Shown: positions 35,695 through 44,899 of the stretch, piece by piece
How positions within the stretch are numbered: position 1 is the stretch's first letter
How the letters are laid out: each line of letters opens with the position of its first letter
From: a virus
DNA: 44,990 bases
Virus genome (UHGV): UHGV-0386548
Direction: 5' to 3' (one strand)
The notes under the pieces: model-generated
Told to the model about the DNA's origin: nothing
Databases searched by the model: none
Seen by the model: the letters and a program-made list of their open reading frames with translations, nothing else
Made by a program: the position numbers and the translations under genes

Positions 35695-36882
35695 ATGGAC
35701 GGATTTTATAAAGAAGCTAGAATTACTACTGTTGATGAACCTTACTTAAAGTCAATATCTGATGAAGGTATTGGCTTTTATAATATGGATATAAATACTG
35801 CGGTATTAACTTTTCAAGTGCGTAGAGAAATAAACGGGGAAAGTTATCCCCTAGAGATTAGCGAAGCTAACACTGAGATAACAGCTTATTTTGTTTCCGA
35901 TAACGGTTCTTCAACCGGAAGGGTTAAAGTTGAATATGTTAATCCTATGAAAGGCATTATACGTTTAACTTTAGACAGTAATTTCCTGAAGGCTTCTACT
36001 GACACTCATGTGACTGGTCAAATTTATATCAAAGCAGTTGGTCGTAAAGATACAGTTGTACTTAACGAGTTTCGCTTTTACGTAAAAGATGCATTAATTA
36101 ACCAAATAGATGCTGATATTAAAATCAGATATATTAGAGAGATTGACGATCTTGTTGATTTAGTGAAAGACAGAATTGATACTGTATCAAAAGAATTAGA
36201 AAACGTTCAAAATGCTGAAGAAGAATTCATGAATTTTGTAAATACTCAAAAGTCAGAATTTGTTAAACAAGTTAAAGATTTGCGGGAACAAATGGAAGGT
36301 TTCGCAAAACAAACCGAAACAGAGTTAACAGACTATCTAAATAATATTAACGATAAAATTTTAGAGGTCAACGAACGACTAAATTCGGCAACTGAAGGAG
36401 TTATAACAGAGGAAAACTTAGACGAGCACCTTATCAACTACGCTAAAAAAGATGAAGTTAATCAGCAGTTATCTAAGAAGGCAAACGAAGATGAATTTAA
36501 GACACTTTCTGATGGTTTAGATGAATTAATACAAAACAAAGTTAATGAAGCTATAAAGAGTGCCACAGGTCAATTATCAGCACTTACAGAAGCCGAAGGT
36601 TTTGCTATTAGGTTAGATAATGTTGATTTATCTACTATGAGCAAAATTGATAAAACTGGTTTTTACTACCTTTACAACCCTACAAATTCTCCTGATCCTG
36701 ATAATCAAAGCGGTTACGCTATTGTGATATCACGAAGCGAAACATACAAAAAAGTGTTGTTCATGCCATATAACAGACACAGAATATATTCTCGCAACAT
36801 GATGGGTGAAACGACAAGATGGGGTTCTTGGTACGATGCTACTAAAGGAGTAGTAATACCTGGTTCAGACCCTGTTGTATAG
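35695..36882 (+). CDS. Baseplate/fibre protein with a central coiled-coil (BppU-like N-terminus)
   Basis: 395 aa. N-terminal beta-rich region, a long coiled-coil (residues ~150-300), C-terminal head domain. Confidence 0.5.
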   Translation: MDGFYKEARITTVDEPYLKSISDEGIGFYNMDINTAVLTFQVRREINGESYPLEISEANTEITAYFVSDNGSSTGRVKVEYVNPMKGIIRLTLDSNFLKASTDTHVTGQIYIKAVGRKDTVVLNEFRFYVKDALINQIDADIKIRYIREIDDLVDLVKDRIDTVSKELENVQNAEEEFMNFVNTQKSEFVKQVKDLREQMEGFAKQTETELTDYLNNINDKILEVNERLNSATEGVITEENLDEHLINYAKKDEVNQQLSKKANEDEFKTLSDGLDELIQNKVNEAIKSATGQLSALTEAEGFAIRLDNVDLSTMSKIDKTGFYYLYNPTNSPDPDNQSGYAIVISRSETYKKVLFMPYNRHRIYSRNMMGETTRWGSWYDATKGVVIPGSDPVV

Positions 36883-37318
36883 GAGGTATTTTATAATGAA
36901 AAATAATTCAATCACTTACTCATTATCATTTTTGATGATTTTAGGATTTGGAGCATTGATGTTTGAACGTGGTTTTTTCTGGACAAGAGAACAGGCGTCA
37001 ATCATTAGAGATAGTGATTTCTATTTAGCTTTACATCATATAATGCCTATTTGGATATGGGGAGTCCTTGCGATGATTTTTAGTGCTTTTATTATAATTG
37101 CCCCATTCTTTTTACCTACACAAAAGTTAAATAATACTTTCAACTATCTTATTTGTATTGGGGGTTGGGGTAATGCTTGCTTTTACTTTTTAATGACATC
37201 CGCTAGTATGTTTCATGCTATTAATTGGCTTTCTCCTTTGCAATTCTCTACCTTTACAATGATCTGTGGCATTTTAGGGTTCTACGGAGGTGTAGAAATT
37301 GTCTCAAGAAGAAGATAA
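36875..37318 (+). CDS. Polytopic membrane protein (4 TM) within the tail module
   Basis: 147 aa with four hydrophobic helices. Confidence 0.5.
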   Translation: MYRRYFIMKNNSITYSLSFLMILGFGALMFERGFFWTREQASIIRDSDFYLALHHIMPIWIWGVLAMIFSAFIIIAPFFLPTQKLNNTFNYLICIGGWGNACFYFLMTSASMFHAINWLSPLQFSTFTMICGILGFYGGVEIVSRRR

Positions 37319-37697
37319 ATATGTATTACGTACAGAATGGATAAAGAATACAGGTAAAATTTATGAAAAAATCAACGAAAATGATAGAAAACACATTGAG
37401 GCATACAGCACACTAGATAAAAGGCTCGAAAAACAAACAGGATTACAAGAAAAGCAGTTTGAGTCGCAAGAACGATTAGAAAAACATTTAGAAAAAATTA
37501 GTGGTGTGATAGAAAAAGTGGGAAATGAATTCACTGACGTAAAGTACACAGTTAAATCTCACGAAGCGCAATTAGAAAATATAAATAAGTCGATTTCTGA
37601 TAAACAAAAAGGAAATGTTCAAGTAGTAGTAGCGTTAATTAGTGGTGGTTGCGCTATTATTGCAGCTGCTTTCGGTTTAGCCTCCGTACTATTTTAA
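37299..37697 (+). CDS. XhlA-like protein: coiled-coil N-terminus plus single C-terminal TM helix
   Basis: C-terminal VVVALISGGCAIIAAAFGLASVLF. Architecture resembles PBSX XhlA haemolysin-like lysis accessory proteins. Confidence 0.45.
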   Translation: MSQEEDKYVLRTEWIKNTGKIYEKINENDRKHIEAYSTLDKRLEKQTGLQEKQFESQERLEKHLEKISGVIEKVGNEFTDVKYTVKSHEAQLENINKSISDKQKGNVQVVVALISGGCAIIAAAFGLASVLF

Positions 37698-37729
37698 GCT
37701 GACACTTTAGTGTTGGCTTTTTATTTTTA
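37698..37729 (+). terminator. Putative terminator (GCTGACAC-TTTA-GTGTTGGC + T-rich run); shares the 16-mer GTTGGCTTTTTATTTT with 42933-42948
   Basis: Imperfect 8-bp stem followed by TTTTTATTTTT. Confidence 0.5.
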
Positions 37730-37749
37730 CAAAGAAAGTAGGTGTGTAA

Positions 37750-39630
37750 ATGGCTATACTACCTAAAAGCGGAAAACCAACAGCCTCGCAAGTTGTAAAT
37801 TGGGCTAAATGGATGGCTAAAAACCATAAAGGGGTAGATATTGACGGAAGATATGGTTTCCAATGTTGGGATTTGCCTAACTATATATTCCAACGTTATT
37901 GGCATTTCAGAACGTGGGGCAATGCCAACGCTATGGCTAACCGTAGTCAATATCCAAATAGGTCATGGAAAATCTATAGAAATACATCTAGTTTCATTCC
38001 TAAGCCTGGAGATATAGCTGTATGGACATATGGTTGGGCTGGACATACTGCAATAGTTGTTGGCCCTAGTGACAAAAAGACCTTTCGTTGTGTGGATCAA
38101 AATTGGTACCATTCAAACCAATGGAGTGGTTCGAGAGCAGCGTTTGTTAATCATAACTACAACGGTAATGGCGGAAACATTTATTTTGTTAGACCTCCTT
38201 ATAAAGCTGAGAAAAACCCTCCTAAACCAAGCGGCGGTTCTGACACTTCAAGCACCACAACAACAGATAATAATAAAACAGTAACCATTAAGAAGAAACA
38301 AACACATATCAATTTCACTATAGATGATGGTGAACCAACTTATCCTGAATTTATCCGACACGATATTGTTCAAGGTAAAGATAGAGGTCATAACCCTAAG
38401 AAAGTGACTATAAGAAACGCAAATACAATGTGTTCAGTTCTTGATCTATACTTTGATAGAGAAAAATATCTTACTGATAAAGAATATCCTCACTATTTCG
38501 TAGATAGAAACCATATATGGCAGCCTAGATTAGAAATGTACGAAGTACCTAGTCACCCTGATAATATCGTTATTGAAGTGTGTCAAGATTTATCAGCAAG
38601 TAAAGATGATTTTATCGTCAACGAGATACACACAATGCTACAAGCAGTGTTCAGAATGAAATATCAAGGTATACCAGTTAAGCCATCTTCTATTGAAGTT
38701 GACACATCTAATATTTGGCGAAGCGTATACGAGCATGGAGATTGGGATATATCACTCAATGGATTGCCGCCTAAGAAAAACATAGACAAAACAATCAATG
38801 GATTACTCTATCTATATAAAAACAGTAAGAAGTTACTTTCTGAAATTCCTAAAGATAAAGTTAAGACTAAAACTATTAAAGTTACAGTTCCAGCATCTAG
38901 TGTTAATAAGAATACAACTACAACGACAAACAAAAAAGGAAGCAAAGAGCCTACTGTGGTTGTTTCAAGAAGTGCTTATTCATTCAAGAGAGCGGTAGCT
39001 ATCCAAATGACTAAATCCCCTCAAATAAACTACGGTAACGGGTGGTATGGTGCAAGTTACTCGGCAACACTTAACGCTATGAATTCACTTAAGATTTGGA
39101 ATAGTAAAACTCAAAAATATCAAATGCTCAATCTTGGTAAATATCAAGGCGTATCAGTTTCAGCACTTAATAAGATATTGCGTGGTAAAGGGTCTCTATC
39201 CGGGCAAGGTAAAGCAGTTGCTTATGCTTGTAAGAAGTATAACCTTAATGAAATATACTTAATTGCACATGCCTTCCTTGAGAGTGGTTATGGTACATCT
39301 TACTTCTCAAGTGGTCGTGCTGGTGTTTATAACTACTTCGGTATAGGTGCATATGACTACAACCCTAATTATGCAATTACTTACGCTAGAAATAGAGGGT
39401 GGACTACTCCTGCTAAAGGTATTATTGGAGGTGCTAAATTTGTAAGACAAGGTTATATCAGCAAAGGCCAAAATACACTTTATCGTATGCGATGGAACCC
39501 TAGACATCCAGGTAATCATCAATATGCAACTGATGTACGCTGGGCACAAGTTCAAGCGACAACTATCAAAAATCTATATGACAAAATCGGTATAAAAGGT
39601 GTCTATTTCATTAGAGATAGATATAAATAG
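37750..39630 (+). CDS. Virion-associated peptidoglycan hydrolase (N-terminal CHAP peptidase plus C-terminal GH73/LYZ2 glucosaminidase)
   Basis: CHAP Cys in GFQCWDLPNY and His in GHTAIVVG. C-terminal glucosaminidase region ...IAHAFLESGYG...YNYFGIGAYD. Confidence 0.88.
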   Translation: MAILPKSGKPTASQVVNWAKWMAKNHKGVDIDGRYGFQCWDLPNYIFQRYWHFRTWGNANAMANRSQYPNRSWKIYRNTSSFIPKPGDIAVWTYGWAGHTAIVVGPSDKKTFRCVDQNWYHSNQWSGSRAAFVNHNYNGNGGNIYFVRPPYKAEKNPPKPSGGSDTSSTTTTDNNKTVTIKKKQTHINFTIDDGEPTYPEFIRHDIVQGKDRGHNPKKVTIRNANTMCSVLDLYFDREKYLTDKEYPHYFVDRNHIWQPRLEMYEVPSHPDNIVIEVCQDLSASKDDFIVNEIHTMLQAVFRMKYQGIPVKPSSIEVDTSNIWRSVYEHGDWDISLNGLPPKKNIDKTINGLLYLYKNSKKLLSEIPKDKVKTKTIKVTVPASSVNKNTTTTTNKKGSKEPTVVVSRSAYSFKRAVAIQMTKSPQINYGNGWYGASYSATLNAMNSLKIWNSKTQKYQMLNLGKYQGVSVSALNKILRGKGSLSGQGKAVAYACKKYNLNEIYLIAHAFLESGYGTSYFSSGRAGVYNYFGIGAYDYNPNYAITYARNRGWTTPAKGIIGGAKFVRQGYISKGQNTLYRMRWNPRHPGNHQYATDVRWAQVQATTIKNLYDKIGIKGVYFIRDRYK

Positions 39631-39682
39631 GGATAAGGCTGACAGCTCTTATCCCTAAATTTATTATTGGAGAGGTGTTTTT

Positions 39683-41341
39683 ATGGAAACGTACAAAACC
39701 GGTACAGTTAATACTATCATCAATGAAAATGGCGTTGATTTAGGCAGTATAAACGTTAATCTGTACACAATGGATAACAAGACATCTGTTATTGATATCC
39801 ATGTTAAGAAAAAGAACATTATTAATGAAAATCAAGAATACATCTCCGTGAATTTCAATCAGACGAAATTCGAACCTGTATTACATGTTTTTGCACAAGA
39901 TGGTTCTATATTCACTAATGAGCCATTAGAAATAGTTAAAGCTGAAGAAGGCTTTGTAAGATATATTATTCCTGAATATATCACTAAACATGTAGGGCAA
40001 ATGCAATGTAAATTATTCTTAGAAAATCCTGAAAATAACGATAGCACACATGTTGCTAACTTTTATTTTACTGTTAACGACAGCGGTATAACTAAAAGCG
40101 TAGGAAAAGAAATACGTGTGGAATTACTAGATGATATCGTAGAAAAAGTAATGAAAGACAATGTAGATATCTTCAAAGGACCTAAAGGAGATACTGGAGA
40201 ACAAGGTCCAGCAGGACAAGACGGTAAAGATGGTAAAAATGGCATTAATGGTATCGATGGTATAAATGGTAATCCAGGTCCTCAAGGTCCACCAGGACGA
40301 GATGGAAAAGATGGAGTTGACGGACAAGATGGTTCAGACGGAAAGTCATTTGACTTTGAAAGTCTTACAGAAGAACAAAAAGCTGAAATTACACCTAAAC
40401 TACCTGACTTTAGTAATTGGCAGCAATATCAATTTACAAATACTGACGGAACTAGAAAATGGCTTGGCACTTTGGCTCAACCTATAGAAACACTTGAACC
40501 TGGATTATATGAATGTTCTATACCAAGCGACTATAAATCTGTAAATGCCCCTGCTGATCCAAATGGTGCGGGGTATATTGCTGAAATAAATGTTACAAAT
40601 GGTCAGAGTGGAAGAAAGCATATTATTCTTATCCAAAATTATCAAAATTATATTTGGTCTAAAACAATTCACACAGACGGTAACGACAGGGGCTGGATTG
40701 TTCTTAACCCACAAAGTCAAAAATACAGACTGACAAACGATGATGGGACTAACTTTTTTGAAGGATATACAACAATAAATTTAAACAATGAAGATGAAAT
40801 TAAAAAGATACCTTCAGGAATACGTTATATAAGCAGAACGACTGGTTTACCAACTGACGTAAGTTCTACCAATGGTTGGCTTTTTAAATTAGTTCGTTCA
40901 GACTCTCAACTATCTACAATATATTTCCAACCTTATAATTCTAGTCAATTATTACAAAGAGTAACTTATAACGGTTTGTCAGAATGGCGTTATATAAATC
41001 AAGCGTCTACAGATACAGGTTGGGTTACTTTGCCTTTAGTTAATGGCGCGACACCAGATGTATATAGCGACACTTATTTGCCAGTTTCTTATAGAGTTAG
41101 AAAAACAGGAGATAATAAAACAGTTCAAATCATAGGTAATATCAAAAAGTTATCAACTGGCTTAGTGTTCGCTCAACTGCCTTCTAACATCACACCAGTC
41201 AGAAATATCGAATATAAATTAAATCAAAGAATAGGAACAAGCAGTGCGCTAGCATATTTGGCAAGTGATGGAACAATGAAAGTTGTAGGTGCTGTTGAAG
41301 CAGATAGTACTTATATGATTAATGTCACATACATGGTTTAG
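39683..41341 (+). CDS. Tail fibre with a collagen-like Gly-X-Y repeat region
   Basis: GPKGDTGEQGPAGQDGKDGKNGINGIDGINGNPGPQGPPGRDGKDGVDGQDGSDG (about 18 uninterrupted G-X-Y triplets, nt ~40178-40346) followed by a beta-rich C-terminal domain. Confidence 0.85.
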   Translation: METYKTGTVNTIINENGVDLGSINVNLYTMDNKTSVIDIHVKKKNIINENQEYISVNFNQTKFEPVLHVFAQDGSIFTNEPLEIVKAEEGFVRYIIPEYITKHVGQMQCKLFLENPENNDSTHVANFYFTVNDSGITKSVGKEIRVELLDDIVEKVMKDNVDIFKGPKGDTGEQGPAGQDGKDGKNGINGIDGINGNPGPQGPPGRDGKDGVDGQDGSDGKSFDFESLTEEQKAEITPKLPDFSNWQQYQFTNTDGTRKWLGTLAQPIETLEPGLYECSIPSDYKSVNAPADPNGAGYIAEINVTNGQSGRKHIILIQNYQNYIWSKTIHTDGNDRGWIVLNPQSQKYRLTNDDGTNFFEGYTTINLNNEDEIKKIPSGIRYISRTTGLPTDVSSTNGWLFKLVRSDSQLSTIYFQPYNSSQLLQRVTYNGLSEWRYINQASTDTGWVTLPLVNGATPDVYSDTYLPVSYRVRKTGDNKTVQIIGNIKKLSTGLVFAQLPSNITPVRNIEYKLNQRIGTSSALAYLASDGTMKVVGAVEADSTYMINVTYMV

Positions 41342-41352
41342 GAGGACGAAAA

Positions 41353-41688
41353 ATGATACAAATCTTTAGAAAAAGAGATGGTAAACCATTTCTTATAGAT
41401 GAAAATAAAGAAGGTTACGACAAAGATTTATATACAGATATTATGCCACCAAGCAATTTATATTTGCCGGTTAAATTTGAAGGTGGCGAATGGGTTGGTA
41501 CACCATATGAGGAATGGAAAAAACAACAAATTGAAGAACCACCCAAGAAAGACGATGAAACTCACAAGGACCAAATAATAGCTGATTTATCACTCGAATT
41601 ATTAAAAACGCAAGAAGAATTAAAAGATGTTCGTAAGGATATATCAGATTTAACCATTCAATTGTTAGGAGGAACTACTAATGCATGA
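41353..41688 (+). CDS. Hypothetical tail-fibre-associated protein (XkdW-like position)
   Basis: 111 aa, coiled-coil C-terminus, upstream of the XkdX-like ORF. Confidence 0.45.
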   Translation: MIQIFRKRDGKPFLIDENKEGYDKDLYTDIMPPSNLYLPVKFEGGEWVGTPYEEWKKQQIEEPPKKDDETHKDQIIADLSLELLKTQEELKDVRKDISDLTIQLLGGTTNA

Positions 41689-41827
41689 TATCGGAGTTAA
41701 ATATTATAAAATGGGATATTACACAAACGAACAGTTTGCTTTATTTGTTAAAAGAGGATTTGTAACGCCAGAAGAATATTTCGGATTAACTGGTGTTGAA
41801 TATGATCCAAAAAATGCACATGCATAA
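41681..41827 (+). CDS. XkdX-family small phage protein (48 aa)
   Basis: MHDIGVKYYKMGYYTNEQFALFVKRGFVTPEEYFGLTGVEY matches the XkdX pattern (YxxGxxTxEQ...G.IT.EEY..ITG). Absent from the ORF track because it is under 60 aa. Confidence 0.6.
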   Translation: MHDIGVKYYKMGYYTNEQFALFVKRGFVTPEEYFGLTGVEYDPKNAHA

Positions 41828-41834
41828 CTAATTC

Positions 41835-41860
41835 ACCGGACTTTTTAGTCCGGTTTTTTA
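41835..41860 (+). terminator. Rho-independent terminator (ACCGGACT-TTTT-AGTCCGGT + T6)
   Basis: Perfect 8-bp stem plus TTTTTT. Confidence 0.75.
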
Positions 41861-41873
41861 TTGGAGGTAAAAC

Positions 41874-42383
41874 ATGCTAATAAATGTACTTAATTTAAAT
41901 GACTCACAAGACGGCAATCGCATTAAACAAGGTGACCTATCACATATGCGCTATATCTTATCTGACACTAACAACGATGATTTAAAACTTGACGGATTAT
42001 CTGCAAAAGTATTCCTCGCTGATAGTACAGGTGTTAAATATATCTACGATACTACAGTTAGGAAATATGACAATTCCTATGTGTGCGATGTTGTAATCAA
42101 TCAGATTATCCCTGCAAACACGTATTCGTTAGAAATATGGGTGGATAACAAGTATGTATTCCCGTCTGACAATAAAGCAAAAATTCAAGTGACAGAGAGT
42201 GTGATTGGTAGACAATTGATCAATACACAAAACCATGACTTATGGCAAGAAATGATTGAATATGGTGTAAAAAATGGATTAATTAAGAATCAAACTGAAA
42301 GCGAAGAAAATTTTGTCATTGGAGAAAACGCACCGACTGACACAACTAAAATTTGGATTGACACTACTGGAGGTAATGAATAA
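41874..42383 (+). CDS. Hypothetical protein (beta-rich) between the tail fibre and lysis modules
   Basis: 169 aa. RBS GGAGGT. Confidence 0.5.
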   Translation: MLINVLNLNDSQDGNRIKQGDLSHMRYILSDTNNDDLKLDGLSAKVFLADSTGVKYIYDTTVRKYDNSYVCDVVINQIIPANTYSLEIWVDNKYVFPSDNKAKIQVTESVIGRQLINTQNHDLWQEMIEYGVKNGLIKNQTESEENFVIGENAPTDTTKIWIDTTGGNE

Positions 42384-42913
42384 TGAAAGCTATACCTAAA
42401 ATTTTCGACAAAGAAAAAGGACAATGGATTGAATTAATGGCTAAACCTATAGCAGATGAAGTAGTTAAAATTATGAAAGAAGATTGGCTATCTAATAAAA
42501 AGACGATTGATTACTGGTTATTAAGTTATAAAGAACAAAGTATGGGAGAGCCTGTTCAAATTGCTATATTTACAGATGGGAACGAAGTAGATGGAACATT
42601 AAAAAGTGACTTAGAGTGGATGTTTAATGGTTATGTATCTGAATTACAAAATAAAAAACTCTTTAATCTACAAGATTTTCTAAACTATTGTTACAGCACT
42701 AAAACAGAGTTGCCTAAACAATTTAAAGTAAGTGCTACTGTAAATTTTGACGAAGTAGATGAGCCTGTTGAAATACAGGAAATAAATAGCATTACTGCAA
42801 ATGTTAATGTTTTAGGTATATTAGATGAAACTTCCAAAGGCTCTATAGAGGTTAAATACATCTATAACGACCACCCTATCGAAGATAAAAAGTTAATAAA
42901 AAAAAATAAATAA
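42383..42913 (+). CDS. Hypothetical protein
   Basis: 176 aa, translationally coupled (ATGA) to the upstream gene. Confidence 0.5.
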   Translation: MKAIPKIFDKEKGQWIELMAKPIADEVVKIMKEDWLSNKKTIDYWLLSYKEQSMGEPVQIAIFTDGNEVDGTLKSDLEWMFNGYVSELQNKKLFNLQDFLNYCYSTKTELPKQFKVSATVNFDEVDEPVEIQEINSITANVNVLGILDETSKGSIEVKYIYNDHPIEDKKLIKKNK

Positions 42914-42919
42914 ACTCAA

Positions 42920-42948
42920 GTCAACGCTTTGCGTTGGCTTTTTATTTT
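42920..42948 (+). terminator. Putative terminator (GTCAACGC-TTT-GCGTTGGC + TTTTTATTTT)
   Basis: 7/8-bp stem plus T-run. Near-duplicate of the 37698-37729 terminator. Confidence 0.55.
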
Positions 42949-42969
42949 AACTAAAAGGAGCATAAATAA

Positions 42970-43266
42970 ATGAAAGCAAAAGTAATAACTAGATATGCGG
43001 TATTAGTTTTAGCATTAATCAATCAGTTTTTAGCAAACAAAGGTATTAGTCCGATTCCAGTAGATGAAGAAACAATTTCGTCTATCATCTTAACTGTCAT
43101 CGCTTTATATACAACGTATAAAGACAATCCAACTACGAAAGAAGGGCGTTGGGCTAATCAAAAACTTAAAAAGTACAAAGCAGAAAAGAAATATCGTAAC
43201 GCAACAGGTCAAGCACCAGTTACAAACGAAAACGTAGAACCTACGAATTTAGACGAATTAGGGTAG
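42970..43266 (+). CDS. Holin (two TM helices, charged C-terminus)
   Basis: 98 aa. TM1 ITRYAVLVLALINQFLA, TM2 ISSIILTVIALYTTY, a basic C-terminal tail. Immediately upstream of the endolysin. Confidence 0.85.
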   Translation: MKAKVITRYAVLVLALINQFLANKGISPIPVDEETISSIILTVIALYTTYKDNPTTKEGRWANQKLKKYKAEKKYRNATGQAPVTNENVEPTNLDELG

Positions 43267-44739
43267 GTGGCACATATGTTAATGACTAAATCTCAAGCGG
43301 AAAAATGGCTTGATAATTCAGAAGGTAAACAATATAACTTTGACAATTATGCAGGTTTTCAGTGTTACGATTACGCAAATGCATTTTTTAATGCAGTCAC
43401 AGGTGCTAGATTAACAGGTTTATATGCGAAAAACATACCATTTGATAATGAAAAGGTAATAAGCAAATATGCAAAAGTGATTAAAAACTATGATTCTTTC
43501 TTACCTCGAAAAACTGATATAGCAGTGTTTAACGGTGGCTATGGCGGTGGTGCTGGTCACGTTGCACCAGTAACGCGAGCAACACTCACACAATTTGAAG
43601 TGTTAGAGCAAAATTGGAACGGACAAGGTTGGACAAATGGTGTAGCATCTCCGGGCTGGGGTCCCGAAAGAGTAACAAGACGTTGGCACTATTATGATGA
43701 TCCTATGTACTTTATTCGATTTGAATTCCCAAGTAATATCAATGCAGGTAAGAAAGCAAAAAAAATTATCAAGAACGCAGTATCTAAAAATGAGAAAGCA
43801 AAAGCTAAAATTAAACCTAAGAAAATTATGATTGTTGCAGGCCACGGATATAGTGATCCAGGAGCGGTTGGAAATGGTACAAACGAACGCGATTTCATTC
43901 GTAAAAACATCACACCTCATGTTGCGAGTTATTTACGACAATCAGGCCACGAAGTAGCTTTATATGGTGGTACTAAACAGTCGCAAGATATGTATCAAGA
44001 TACTGCTTACGGTCAGAATGTAGGTAATAGGTCAGATTACGGTATGTATTGGGTTAAAAAACAAAAATACGATATTATAGCAGAATTCCATTTGGACGCA
44101 GCAGGTGCGTCTGCGTCGGGCGGTCATGTTATCATCTCTAGTGCGTTCAGTGCAGATAGAATTGATAAAGACATACAAAAAGTGATTAAAGATAATGTAG
44201 GTCAGATCAGAGACATCACACCAAGAAACGACTTACTAAACGCTAATGTTTCGGCAGAAATCAACATGAATTATCGTTTAACTGAATTAGGTTTTATCAC
44301 TAACAAAGCTGATATGGATTGGATTAAGAAAAATAGTAAAAAGTATGCTAAGTTGATAGCTGGAGCGATTCACGGTAAGCCTATCGGTGGTGTGGTCGCT
44401 AGTAGTAAGAAACCTAAATCGAAAGATGAAAAGAAACCAGTTGTACCAAATGGTTATGTGTTAGATAAGAATGGTATACCTTACAAAAAAGAGAGTGGCA
44501 AATATACAGTTACGACTGTTAAAGGTAATAACGTAAGAACATCATACAATACGACTGCAACAATTACAGGTGTATTACCGAATGGCACATCTATTATCTA
44601 TGACGGTGCTTATTGCATAAATGGTTATCGTTGGATAACTTATATTGCGAATAACGGTAAACGTCGTTATATAGCAACAGGCGAAGTAGATAAAGACGGC
44701 AAACGTTTAAATAGTTTTGGTAAATTTAGTGCAGTTTGA
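43267..44739 (+). CDS. Endolysin: CHAP endopeptidase + Amidase_3 (N-acetylmuramoyl-L-alanine amidase) + C-terminal SH3b cell-wall-binding domain
   Basis: CHAP Cys (GFQCYDYANAFF) and His (AGHVAPV). Central MIVAGHGYSDPGAVGNGTNERDF...AEFHLDA matches Amidase_3. The C-terminal YTVTTVKGNNVRTSYNTTATITGVLPNG...GYRWITY matches SH3b. Confidence 0.95.
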   Translation: MAHMLMTKSQAEKWLDNSEGKQYNFDNYAGFQCYDYANAFFNAVTGARLTGLYAKNIPFDNEKVISKYAKVIKNYDSFLPRKTDIAVFNGGYGGGAGHVAPVTRATLTQFEVLEQNWNGQGWTNGVASPGWGPERVTRRWHYYDDPMYFIRFEFPSNINAGKKAKKIIKNAVSKNEKAKAKIKPKKIMIVAGHGYSDPGAVGNGTNERDFIRKNITPHVASYLRQSGHEVALYGGTKQSQDMYQDTAYGQNVGNRSDYGMYWVKKQKYDIIAEFHLDAAGASASGGHVIISSAFSADRIDKDIQKVIKDNVGQIRDITPRNDLLNANVSAEINMNYRLTELGFITNKADMDWIKKNSKKYAKLIAGAIHGKPIGGVVASSKKPKSKDEKKPVVPNGYVLDKNGIPYKKESGKYTVTTVKGNNVRTSYNTTATITGVLPNGTSIIYDGAYCINGYRWITYIANNGKRRYIATGEVDKDGKRLNSFGKFSAV

Positions 44740-44768
44740 TATAATTAAATTACCACGTCATTATACAA

Positions 44769-44800
44769 GGGTAGTCGCTATGGCTACCCTATTTTTTATT
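44769..44800 (+). terminator. Rho-independent terminator (GGGTAG-TCGCTATG-GCTACCC + TATTTTTTATT); same stem word as the 1155-1171 terminator
   Basis: Perfect 6-bp stem plus T-run ~30 nt after the endolysin stop. Confidence 0.75.
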
Positions 44801-44845
44801 GTATAATAATCTTTGTCCCTAATTTCAAACTAATACTATATTCTA

Positions 44846-44876
44846 AACCACGTTCTTATGAGCGTGGTTTTTTGTG
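44846..44876 (+). terminator. Second hairpin plus T-run (AACCACG-TTCTTATGAG-CGTGGTT + TTTTT)
   Basis: 7-bp stem and T6, seen directly. Could be a bidirectional terminator at the genome end. Confidence 0.55.
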
Positions 44877-44880
44877 TACA

Positions 44881-44899
44881 CGTGTCAAATACGTGTCAA
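44881..44899. repeat. Direct repeat CGTGTCAAATACGTGTCAA, matching the 52-71 motif; candidate integrase arm-type site near attP
   Basis: Seen directly. Followed by TATTTAG-containing short repeats at 44921-44978. Confidence 0.4.
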
